Source: Octopus bimaculoides
Lineage: Eukaryota
Assembly: GCF_001194135.2 (NCBI RefSeq)
Contig: NC_068989.1
Coordinates: 88,786,252-88,850,251 of the forward strand
DNA length: 64,000 nucleotides
Reading direction: 5' to 3'
The notes below the pieces were generated by a model. It worked only from the letters and a program-made list of their open reading frames with translations. It made no database searches and was not told the DNA's origin. The translations under genes and the position numbers were made by a program. Positions 12,101 through 25,394 of the stretch are shown piece by piece (position 1 is the stretch's first letter; each line of letters starts with the position of its first letter).

Positions 12101-15100
12101 CAACAATGTTCTAATAAAATAATTAATAAGAATGCCTTTCGAGCGTTTGGCCTCACGGAGGAATGACTGAAACCATTGGCATTATGTCAGGCTTGAGAAG
12201 ACCCATTAAACCAAGCAAAATCACAGTCATGGTAGATACCAGTGTTACGCAAATAGGCACCTGTGCCAGTGACACATAAACGCACCCCGGTGTCACACAA
12301 ATAGGAGCCATGCTGGTGGCATGTAAAAGCACCCACTACACTCTTGGAGTGGTTGGTGTTAGGAAGGGCATCAAGATGTAGAAAACCATATCAAATCTGA
12401 CTGGAGCCTGGTGCAGCCTTCCAGTGTGCCAGCCCAGTCAAACTGCCCAACCCACGCTAGCATGGACAACAAACATTAAATAAATGATGATGATGAATTA
12501 CCATATTAAATTACCTAAAAGATGCAAAAGCATATTAAATGAACCACAACTGCAGAGGTGCAGATTCACAAAAAACATTTTTTAGTGTAATTAACCCTTT
12601 AACATTTAATCCTTTCATTACTGTATTTATTTTGAGATGCTCAAAGAATTTAGTAAAATAACTTAGTTAACATTAAGCTAGTGTTAGGAAGATAAATTGT
12701 GACTAAAGTTTGGTGGAAGATTTTAATTCAAAACTTATGAAAATAAGATGACGAGGGTTCCAGTTGATCTGATCGACGGAACAGCCTGCCTGTGAAATTA
12801 ACATGCAAGTGGCTGAGCACTCCACAGACACGTGTACAGGCACATTCAGCATGACACAGAGTGTGACATGGATGGCCCTTTGTGGTGAAAGAGTACAGCA
12901 AGGTTCACCACTACCCCTTGCCAGAGCCTCACGGAGCTTTAGGTGTTTTTGCTCAATAAACACTCACAATGCCTAGTCTGGGAATTGAATCTGCGATCCC
13001 ATGACTGCAAGTCTGCTACCCTAAACACTGGACCATTGCACCTCCACAGAACACACTAGTATGAAGTTGAAGTAAAAAATAGATTCCTGTTGTAGATCAG
13101 GACTTATTTGATCCTTCACCTTTTACTAATGATGACAATAACAACAATGATTTCAGATTTTGGCACAAAACTAGCAATTTGGGAGAAGGGAGTTAGTCGA
13201 TTATATCGACCCTAGTGCTCAACTGGTACGTGTTTCAGTGACCCCAAAAAGATGAAAGGCAAAGTTGACCTCGGTGGAATTTGAACTCAGAACATAAAAA
13301 AAAAAACCAGATGAAATACCACTAAGCATTTTGCCCAATGACCTCACAATTCTGCCAGGTTGTCATCTTTGTTATTGTAGTAGTAGTAGTAACAATAACA
13401 ACAGTGATTTAGTTTGACTGGAGATAAAACTCATTTGGTGAAGGAGAGAAGATATATTTATAGCTGAGTAAATTGAACCTAGTAATTTTAATTGATAAAA
13501 TTAATATACTTTAATAGACTGACCTTCAAATGCTCCAGCTGTATGTACTAGCGATTGATAACCTCCACCTCGTACCCAGCCACTTGTGTTGATGATGACG
13601 CCACTGAGGTTAGCTGAAACAGAAAACCAAGTAAATAAATCATCCATCCAGACACTGGAACTGTTTGCAAAAATCAATATGGCCTACTTAAATTAAGGAA
13701 CAAACTAATCCAGACAAGAAGAATTTAATAGAGACACGCGCATGGTTGTGTGGTTCAATCCCACTGTACAGCACCTCAGGTTGACCAATACCTGGGGGGG
13801 GGGGGGATTTAGTAGATGGTAACTGTGTAGAATCCCACCAACACACAAACACACATATATGTATAAACTTGTTTACCGACCAAAGCCTTGTGAGTGGATT
13901 TGGTAGACGGAAACTGAAAGAAGCCCGTTGTATACATGTATATATGTGTATGTGTGTGTGTTTATTTGTGTGTCTGTGTTTGTCCCCCACAGCATCGCTT
14001 AACCGATGGTGGTGTGTTTACTTCCCCATAACTTAGTGGTTCGGCAAAAGAGACCGAGAGAATAAGTACTAGGCTTCCAAAAAATAAGTCCTGGGGTCAA
14101 TTTGCTCGACTAAAAGGCGGTGCTCCAGCATGGCCGCAGTCAAATGACTGAAACAAGTAAAAGAGTAAAAGAGTTCAAATATACTTGGGGCATACCTGAA
14201 CCCGTAAGAAAGACATTTGTCATGGAGATAAGTGTAAACCAGTAGATCCCAAACATTTTCAGGCTGCTGCTCCCTTAACCGCTATTCCACATTCCTAGCG
14301 CCCCCACCACAAACATGGACCGCCTTCTGCAGCAAATTCAAAACAACTATTTCACAAAAATATAACCTAACCTAATTAATCCATTATTTTGGTCTTTTTC
14401 CAACATCCATTGCCCCCTTTTGGCCACCCCATTATCATCCCACTTTTCTTCAATGCCCCTTTGGATCTTTTCACCGCCTCCAAGGGAGCAAAACCACCCA
14501 TTTTGGGAACCACTGGTGTAAACACACCAAGTCAGCTTTCAGTGCCACCTAACCAGACTGTTGCATACATGCATTCTGGAGGGATTATCTCCTCCCTTCA
14601 GCAATGAAAACCAAAAAGGTAGACACTGCGAACTGACAGGAGAGAGAGGTCCCTCTTATGATATTCCCATCATTGTTCAATAAAATACAGAGTGACAGCG
14701 CTAAGCGGTGATGTGTATAAATACAAACTTGTAACTGGTAACAAGTTTTCTACACATCACTGCTTAGCACTGTCATCCCGTATGTATATATCTACAGATC
14801 AAACCAACAGGCCATGCACTTTCAAAAAGTAAAAGAGAAATACACACACACACACACACACATATAATATATATATATATATATACTTACTTTTCTTATT
14901 TGCCTCACATTTCAACTGGATTACTGATGCTAGTCTACTGATGAGGAGGTTGTACAGAGCAAGGTTTTCATTGGGACTAAAATGGCCAAAATGGTAGACA
15001 ACAGGTGCCACGGACTGGATGAAGCCATCTTCAATATCTGCAGGTCTTTCTACAACTGCTGCCGCTGTTAATAGGAAAAATTGTACAGTTTAGTTTCAAA

Positions 15101-18100
15101 CAAGGAACAGGATGGAAGTTAGGTTAAATTCTAATACATAGTATGAAGTATTTTCATTAACATCATCCACGACACATGTTGTGACAGGCGAAATACCACT
15201 AAGCATTCTGTCCAGCTCACCGCCTTAATAATAATAATTGCCATAAGACTTACCCAGGGTACCAGGGATTGAAATCATACTCTGGAAACAAAGAAAAAAC
15301 AAACAATTTAGTGATCATTCACAATTTATTTGACATAAGAAAAGTAATCAAAGAAATCAACTATGACATTTGTTTATTGATTTAATGTTGTTTCCATGCC
15401 AAGATGGGTAGAAGACAGACTTACTGAGGCAGCATTTTACAACCAGGTGCTCTTCCAGTTGCCAACTCTTACCTGTTTGTCAAATAAAGGATTTCTTATT
15501 CCACTACTTTTTGAATGTATAGAGCAATTCATCTTAATGTCAGTGGCTCTCATGGCTTCTGACCTTAACTGATAGGAAGTATTAACATGTACATGCTTTG
15601 TCTTGTTGTAAAACAGGGATCACAGCAAATATTCTGCTCAATACCACAGAGTTGCTTGTCAGTTGTTTGACCGTAACCAGTTGAGCTTGTCCCTTAGTGG
15701 CTGACGATATGTACATCTCTGATCACGAGCAGAAGTAGTGGGGGAGCATCATAGCCACGTGTTGAGAGGAAAAGCCTTGCAGAAAAATCAACAGCACCAT
15801 TTGATTTGCCACAGAGAGGAAGACTAGCTACCTTTCCCTACCAAAGGAAAGGGATTAATTCTTACTCTGATGGCTGAATTCATCCTACATGCAACAACAG
15901 CTGTTTAACACAAGACCACAAATCAGTAATGCACAGACACTAAATGATAATATGCAGAGCAGTTTTGTCAAACTGCTCTGCATTTCAAACTGGTTTGCAG
16001 TTGGTATTTCCAATGCTTAAGCCAAGTAATGCCCTACATCCTACCCACCTCCTGTAGCACTGCTACGACAAGGACTTTTGGAAGTTATCCACAGTCCCCA
16101 ATTTGAAAGTTCTTCAGAAGAGACTGCTCAGGCTGTTCTCGTTGATGCCCAGAGCCATTCCCAGACAGTCAGATACAGACTCAGAACGGTAAGGAATGCA
16201 ACAATGATTACTAACATAAACACAAGACCACAAGTTCCAGAGGAAGAGAACCGCTAATCTTCATATCTCCTGAACCTTATTTTGTTGACCCTGGAAGAAT
16301 TAAAGATAAAGCTGGCATCTACAGTATTTGAATTTATAAAGATTGCTACCTTCCAGATTCAACGACTTGTGATCAAAAGCATTCCAGTCATGACCACTCT
16401 GTCTTTGTTACATATATGACCACTTCACGGTCCACTGTGTTCTTCCTATTTTTGAGGTACTAGTAGTGTAAAAAAAAAAAAACATGTAAGGTTGGATTGG
16501 TCGTGGTTGGCATGCTTTTGACCATAGTTCTGCTCTATTACGGATAATTAGGGACTGAAGAACAAAAAAAAAAAAGTTCCAGAATGGAATAATTGATTTG
16601 AAATTGGGGTGTGGGCAGGTTGTGAGAGGTTAAGGACCAAGTTCTCTACTCACTTGTCCAACATCAATATCCACAAATAATGGGGCATGGCCAGCTCGTA
16701 CACAATAATTCAGGAACAGCTTACAAACGGTGCTTTTACCAACATCCTTAGGTCCAACAATCATGATCTGCAAAAAGAAAAAAAAAAAAAGGAAAAAATA
16801 TTTAAAAACACATGAAACAAATTTATAATGATTTATTTATAACAGAAACACAAGGAGAGAAATGTTGAGTGAGGAGGGGACAGTCACGTCAATTGACTGG
16901 GACTCATTTTATACCCCGTCCCACAAGAATGTAGAATTAAGTTGCCTTTGGTGAGATTTGAATTCATTTATCAAGCACAAGGAGAAAAATATGACCACTG
17001 CTTGACAACTGGCGTTGGTGTGTCTACATCCCCATAACTTAGTGGTTCAGCAAAAGATACTGACAGAATAAGTGCTAGGCTTTAAGAAATAAGTCCTGGA
17101 GTCAATTCATTCGACTAAAAATTCTTCAAGGCAGTGCCCCTGCATGGCCACAGTCTAATGGCTGAAACAAGTAAAATATGTGTAAGCACATTTATCTTCA
17201 TTTATCTTGGGAATTTGGTCACCACAAAACACTGATAAATGAATCCTCTCCATGCACTTTGCAGAGGGGAACAAATGGTAGATTCATTGACACCAAATTC
17301 ATTGCCCCACAACAATGAAGCTTCCGCTTTCATGTATTTCTTTGCTCATCTCTACATTTTTCCTGTAAAGAATATCCTCATCTGAATCATTTTTCACGAT
17401 TAAACACCTTCATATATTTCCTATCCACTGGTCCCATGTTGACTGGTGTGAGAGCATAAATCTGTATAAAAAATACATGCAGCCTTGCAGCTCAATTACG
17501 TAAACACAGGCAAAGATCAGTTCGTTCTGGGTGGCCACTGGGGCACATTTTTGCAGTACATACATAATCTTCAATGATCACCAAGCCATGTTATTCTAGA
17601 TCAAATCTATTGGTAAGTGTAACACAGTTCACAACTAAGCATACCATACAGTTCTATATTTAAGAGATGAGGAATTCTGTACATTATTTACATTATTTAC
17701 CTTCAACAGATATTTGTCCTCATCTTGTTTGTTGTTAACACAACACACTACGCCATATGCCCATGGACATATGGTGTAGTGGTTAAGAGCGCGGGCTACT
17801 AACCCCAAGATTCCGAGTTTGATTCCAAGCAGTGACCTGAACAATAATAATAATATTGAAAAATACCTTAGGAATGAGAACCCGGTTTGAAATTTCCCCG
17901 AGACACCTGATGAAGGCTGGAGGGTATATCAGCCGAAACGTTGTGTTAACAACAAACAAGATGAGGACAAATATCCATCGAATGTATATAATGTAAGCAT
18001 ACCATGTTTTCCTGGATCAGTGATAAACAAGACAACATGCATTTACTGTAGTCTTATCATCTAAGGCTATTGAACTTTCATCTCAAGTCCAACCTCCTTA

Positions 18101-21100
18101 GATTAGACCTCACCACTTTCTCCCAAGTCTCATCCGACATATTTTTCAGCGCCATCTATCAGTCATCCTTCACACATACAAACACACCACGTCCATACTA
18201 GTGTAGTCTTCTATCTTGCACATTATGGCACATACCAAACTGTTATCGAAACAGCAACAGAAAGAGGGTTGGAAAAACAGTGAAGCACACAAGGTCTGGA
18301 TCAAGAAGTACTGGGACTGTTGCTATGGTAACAGAGCTAAAATACACAGGGTGAAGCTGCTTGGCATGGAATGACCCTGAATTCTGTCACACTGAGTTAG
18401 AACACGCTCACCCGCTCCCGTTGCTTATGGCAACACTTGAAAGTAAAGTGTGTAGAGTATGGTTATCTCGAAAAGAAGGTTGGGTTTCAGATGTTCAGGG
18501 TCGCCTTGATTAAGATGGAAACTTTTGTAAAGCAATCATAACAGGTGATGAATCATGGGTCTATGGTTGTGACTTTGAAACCAAGATATAAATCAAAATC
18601 CCACTTGAAAGGAACAAAATTTCAAGACATCGAGGAAATCCAAGAGAATGTAATGAGGCTCACTATCCCCAGAAAAGGAGTTCTAGGAATGCATCCATCA
18701 ATGGAAACGATGGCTAGATAAAGGGTGTGGCTTCAGAAAGGGACCACTTTGAAAGAGATTAAATGCTAAATCAATGATCAGAGTCGTAGGTTTATTTTTC
18801 TAGCACCAATCCCAATACTATTTGATCAGACCTTGTATGTATAAATCTGTAGCTTTTAATAATGAGGTGAACTCAATCAATTATGGGATACAATTTTAAT
18901 TAACCAGAAGTAAGCAAGGCTGTAGGAATGATGATGATGAGAGAGAAAGGGGGAGAGAGTACAGTTACATATATGTGTGCAAGGATATATTTGTAGCTGT
19001 ACATATTTTGCTAATATATAAATAGTAAAATAAGATAAAGAGAGACAAATGTGACAGATGAAAAGTACTCACCCTGGGTCCAGGAGTCAGCTCTTCACTG
19101 GCCTTCCGTTTCATCTGTTCCAATGCTCCATGGACATTCAAGTACATCACCATTGGAGTTTCCTTTGAGACATAAGCCATTTCAGTCTTACCAATTAGGT
19201 AACAAAGAATTAAGGACAAATTTACAGAGAGGTAGAACAAAAACAAAACTAAAGAAAAAAAATACATTCAGTGTGCTTGTTCCCAAGACAACCAGAAATT
19301 TATGCTGGATTAGAACCAGCATCACCAGGGCTAAAATTAAACCATAACACTGCTTGATACTGGTTTCAAAGTCATCCAGTTGTTTGATTTACAGAATCAC
19401 AGATTGTTCCAAATAGAAGCTAATTATTCTACAGTCACTAATACGTTAGATATAATGTGGAAACAGATTGAGAGTGGTACCAAGAAGGCTGGTTCTGTGA
19501 ATCACATGTAAAATCAATCTAATGAACCACTACAGTCTCCATCAAGCAAACACTATTGGCCGTTGCCAGTACCGCCTGACTGGCTCCCGTAGGATTTTTG
19601 AGCGAGATTGTTGCCAGTGCCCCTGGACTGGCTCTTGTGCGGGTGGCACATAAAAGACACCATTTCGAGCGTGGCCGTTGCCAGTATCGCCCGACTGGCC
19701 TTCGTGCAGGTGACACGTAAAAGCACCTACTACACTCTCTGAGTGGTTGGTGTTAGGAAGGGCATCCAGCTGTAGAAACTCTGCCAAATTTAGATTGGAG
19801 CCTGGTGTTGCCATCCGGTTTCACCAGTCCTCAGTCAAGTCGTCCAACCCATGCTAGCATGGAAATGCGGACGTTAAACGATGATGAGATGATGATGATG
19901 ATGATGATATATATATATATATATATATATATTAAACTCAACTCTGTCAGTCACGAATGACAATGGGTACACCTAAGGGGTTCCCTTCCGGGATACAAGT
20001 GTGGGCAGAAAATTGCCTCACCAGTGTATGCACAACCTAGGGTTGTTTTTATGGAAGACCAGCAGTCGCCCATGCATACCAGCCTCCTCTCTCCACACCA
20101 CCAGTGTTATCCAATGGAAAGGCAAAGGGGCCAATACAGCTTGGCACCAGTGATGTTGCAACTCATTTCTACAGCTGAGTGAACTGGAGCAACATAAGAT
20201 AAAGTGTCTTGCTCAAGAACACAACACACAGCCCGATCCGGGAATCAAACTCACAACCTCATGATCGTAAGCTCGACGCTCTAACCACTGCGCCATGCCC
20301 CTTCACACACACACATATGTAGGCACAAGCATAGCTGTGTGGTAAGGAGTCTGCCTCTCAACCAAATGGCTTTGGGTTCTGTTCTACTGCATAGAGCTTG
20401 AAAAAATATCTTCTACTATGGCCCCTAGGCTACTGTAGACTGAATTTGGTAGATGGAAACTAAAAGAAACCCATTGCGCGCGTGTGTATGTGTGTATGTG
20501 CGCACATGCATATGTGTTACTGTTTCCATGCCTTGAAGTCATGTGTTGGTTGTAAATTGGTGTCACTGTGATGCAAGTGGTGTCCTTTGTTTTCAATGTT
20601 CTGTGAAAATGTTTGGTGATGGAGAAATTTGACCTTACTTGGAAACAAAAGCTGATGACAAGAAGGGCATCTGTCATAGAAAATCTGCCCCAAGAGATTC
20701 CATCTGAACCATGCATGCATAGAAAATTGGGCATTAAAATGACGGTATATATACATACACAGAGTCACAAAGATTTAAGATTGATTTTAGTAGATGAGTT
20801 ATCAAATCCCATCGGCAGAACTATCCACCCATTGAGCTATAGTCTGAAAGGCTGAACATGCTGTCAGACAATTGTACCCTTAACATAATTCTCAAACACA
20901 ATCTGTATCAAAACTGGTCTTTTGAATTACAACTAAATCTGTCCCACATGCTCCTCACAATGTCAGTCAATTCCATTCACAAGGATTGGGTTGATATGAA
21001 CTTAAAGTAGAAGAAGCACAGTAGGATCAGCCCCTAAACATCAAAACCCTTAACCACAGTTGTTTCTGTATCCATGAACACATACACACACATGCAATAA

Positions 21101-22473
21101 AAGGAAACAAGTAGCTAATAAACACATAAAAGGATATTTTGATGCTGCATCCATGCCATGTGAAGACAGCTAACTTTGAACTTGGCAGGAAAGTGGCCCT
21201 CTTCCCCTTCACCAGTTCTGTACCAAACACCTCTGCTTTCCCATCTGTCAGCTGCAAAAGATAATGAAAAATTTAATACAAGTACTTGACAAAAGTTTAT
21301 CCTTTAGCTGAGAGGGGGAGGAGAGGTCAATAAAAGAAGTATTACTCAAATACTGGAGCCTGATATAATAAACTCTATGTCCTACAAAATCTGTAGTCTT
21401 GTGCCAAATTTAGCAAACTTGAAGACAACATAATATTAAAGAAAACATGTTCATGTTAGTCATCATTATTATTATTATTATTAGTGATGCAATCAGTATT
21501 ACTGTATTATCTAAGGGGGCAAGCTGGCAGAAACATAAGCACGCTGGGCGAAATGCTTAGCGGTATTTTCACTTTTTTAAAAACCTGGTACTTATTCTAT
21601 TAGTCTCTTTTGCTGAGCTGCTAAGTTTCAGGGACTTAAATACACCAACACTGATTGTCAATCAAAACACACACACACACACAATGTGCTTCTTTCAGTT
21701 TCCGCCTAAATCCACACGCAAGGCTTTGGTTGGCCTGACACCATAATAGAAGACACTCACCCAAGGTGCCATACTGTAAGACTGAACTTGGAGCCATATG
21801 GTTGGGAAGCAAGCTTCTTACCACACAGCCACGCCTGCACCTATACGGGAAAAAATAAATAATACAATCCTACGTATTCCGAGAAAAGGGGGATAGTCAT
21901 GACTGGAATGTTTTTGATTGTAGGTTTGCTTCATCAAAGTAGAAGTGTAGGTAAACACCAATAGTGATAGTGTCTGGATTCCAGAAACTACTCACATGCT
22001 ATTGACTAATTGACTAATTACTTGAGGTGATTGACTCCTCTCATTTGCAGTAGTCATAGTCTATTAATTAAAACACAATAGCAGGAATTGCAGGAGGCGG
22101 CGAGCTGGTGGAAACGTTAGCACGCCGGGCGAAATGCTTAGCAGTATTTCATCTGCCGTTATGTTCTGAGTTCAAATTCCGCCGAGGTCGACTTTGCCTT
22201 TCATCCTTTTGGGGTCGATTAAATAAGTACCAGTTACGCACTGGGGTGGATGTAATCGACTTAATCCCTCTCTGTCTGTCCTTCTTTGTCCCCTCTATGT
22301 TTAGCCTCTTGTGGGCAATAAAGAAATAAGGAAATGCAGGAGGTTAATGTTCACTGGAAATACAAACACAACACCATATTTTCTAGCTCAGGTGATCTCA
22401 TGCAATTAAGAGAAATAACAACTTTTCACACACACACACAAATATTGATTTCTTTCATAGCACAAAGCCTTGT

Positions 22474-22514
<41 letters not shown>

Positions 22515-25362
22515 AGAGAGAGAGAATAGAATCAATTATACAAACTTCAGTCCGTGAATATAATTCTCTACTGAAGCCAGTTAAGCATACGTATTTTTTA
22601 TCTTTTACTTGTTTCAGTCGAATGAATCGACTGAGTAACATATTATTTTTTAAGCTTGGTACCTATTCTATCAATCTCTTTCGCCGAACCGCTAAGTTAT
22701 AGGGATGTAAATACATCGACACCAGTTGCCAAGTGCTGGTGGGAGACAAACATCGACACAGACACATGCACACAACAGGTTTCTTTCAGTTTCCATCTAC
22801 TGAATCCACTCACAGGCTTTGGTCAGCCCAAAGCTGTAGAAGATACTACTCGCTCAAGATGCCATACAATGGGACTGAACTTAAAAACCATATGCTTGGG
22901 AAGCAAGCTTCTTACCACACAACAATGCCTACACCTACAGGCAACTATATAAACCCCAGTCCTTAAATGCAATTCTCCACTGAAGTCATTCAAACACTTT
23001 TTTAATTTTTTTAAAAATAACAATACATTATTCACGAGATAATAACAAAGATGGGAAGATTAAATCAGTAGAGATCCGTTTAAAAAGAGACTGTATCATT
23101 GTGTCACTCAAAGAAGACACAAACTAAACATAAAGAGCTAATTCATAAGTAGATATGAGAACTGGGAGCATTTCACATTAATGGCCTTAAAAACCACACA
23201 GGACAATTGACATATTGACAATTGACATATTGACAATTGACAATTGACAATTGACAATTGACAATTGACATATATTTTCAACAGCTGGCCTGTCATGGCG
23301 TTTATGTCTTTTCTTGTCTCTTAGAAAATTTATTATAAACACAAAGTGAAGCTTTATCTAACAAAAAGTTTAAATAAAAGGCTAACATGTTTAACAATGG
23401 ACAACTTGTGTAATCTATTAGATCATCATCATTCAATGACTACTTTTCTCTGCTTGCATGGGTTGGATGGAATTGAGGCAGATTCTCTATGACTGGATGT
23501 CCTTCCTTTTGTTAATATTCATCTGTTTCCAAATAAGGTAATATTTCCCCCATGACAAGATGTGTTTTTGTGAAACACTGAAAATGAAGGACATTGTTTT
23601 CATGACAGTGATGATCATTTACAAACAATATGATGCAAAGCAAAGAGACTGTAACACACATACAATGGGCTTCTTTCAGTTTCCATCAACCAAATTTCCC
23701 ACCCATGCCAGCATGGAAGGCGGACATGAAACGATGATGATGATGAAATTCACCCACAAGGCTTAGGTTGACCTGGAGCTATAATAGAAGACATTTGCCT
23801 AAGATACCACACGGTGGTACTGAACCCAGAACCATGTTGTTGGGAACCAAACTTCTTACCACACAGGCATGCCTGCACTTGGTAATCACAGGAGAACTGC
23901 GTAATACTAATCCAGATGGTGAAGTTCACTTCACAATCATGAAGTTCCCCGAATAATTCCACTGTGCAAAAGCTCATGATATGCATTATATATGTTCTTG
24001 GGTTATAACCATAACAGAAAAATCAATTTAACACCACTGCCTGGCATCTGGCCATCTTTAGCAGAGTTCACTTACAAGCATGGAAAAACATATAAACCTG
24101 AATCGTCCAAATTATTCTCCCTTCTTTGGCATGTTGTTGGACAAATTTAAAGTCTAAAACCATGTCTTGACTCTGTGTAACTGGTAATAATTGTAAATGA
24201 GTATCACTGTCATACAAGCAGTGTCCTTCATTTCCAATCTTCCATGAAAACATGTCTAGCCAGGGGTAAATATTACTTCACTTGGAAACAAGAGACTGCT
24301 AGTGATAGGAAAGGCATTTGACCATAAAAAAAAAAAATCCATCTCGACAAATCCCATCTGACCCATGCAATTATGGCAAAGCAGACATTAAAAAGCAATG
24401 ATAAAACCATTTGTCTTTTTTAATGTAGAAGTATCAAGATATCAAGAAACTTTTCTGCCAAAGACTTCATTTTACATCAAAACAATCATAACCATATCAA
24501 TCAGTTGAATATAGTCTTCTTTCAGGGAAATATGACTGGTATCTATTGCCAGTGAGACCCCTACTTAAATACAAGCAATTATATATCAGCAGAGCACAGC
24601 CAAAATATTTATTTCACAGAGATATTGTTTAGAGACCTCTTTGTACCACATCTGAACCTGTTAGCTTACTGCCAAAATCAGATCCATTTCCCATGTTTTG
24701 TTTTTAATTAATTTTGAGAGGGTTCACCTCTGCTGTGTTTCTTGAAAGGACCTGAAGAAACTAATAAGTTTATCTCTCCACAGATGTAATTTTAATTAAA
24801 ATTTCTTTGCTCTCCATATTAAGTAGGTCAGTACCAACCTTATTTTTTTTCATACCAAACATGTCCCTAAGTATTTTTCTCCTTTGTCTTCAAGTCAGAT
24901 TATTACAGCATATACATACATATATATATATTCACCTTTCACCCTAGACCTCTTTCAAAGCTCATCTCATAATATTGCTAAATTTTATCTATTCTTTTAT
25001 GCTTCTATTAGTTTCAGTTGTTGGATTGTGGCCATGCTGGTGCACACTCTTAAAGGGTTTAATCATACAGACCCCAACATGGTTGTAAGACCAATGTCAT
25101 AAAACAGCAGATATGTTAGAAACACATCCATTTTGGAAAGCAGCAGCTGTGTTAGAAGCAGCCATGGATGAAAATGTTGCAAGTAAATTAAATAACATAC
25201 AGACACAGGTGTGGCTGTGTAGCTAAGAAGCTTGCTTCCTAAGCATATGGTTTTGGGTTCAGTCTCTGTGTGGTGCTTTGGGCAAGTGTCTTCTATCATA
25301 GCCCCAAGCCAACTAGAACTTTCAAAATGGGTTTGGGAAATGGAAACTGAAAAGAAACCCAT

Positions 25363-25394
<32 letters not shown>

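Noticed and set aside
13577-13591. NTSGW instead of the usual NTCGW in CLP1
   Set aside because: Conservative change with an intact P-loop; no basis to call loss of function.
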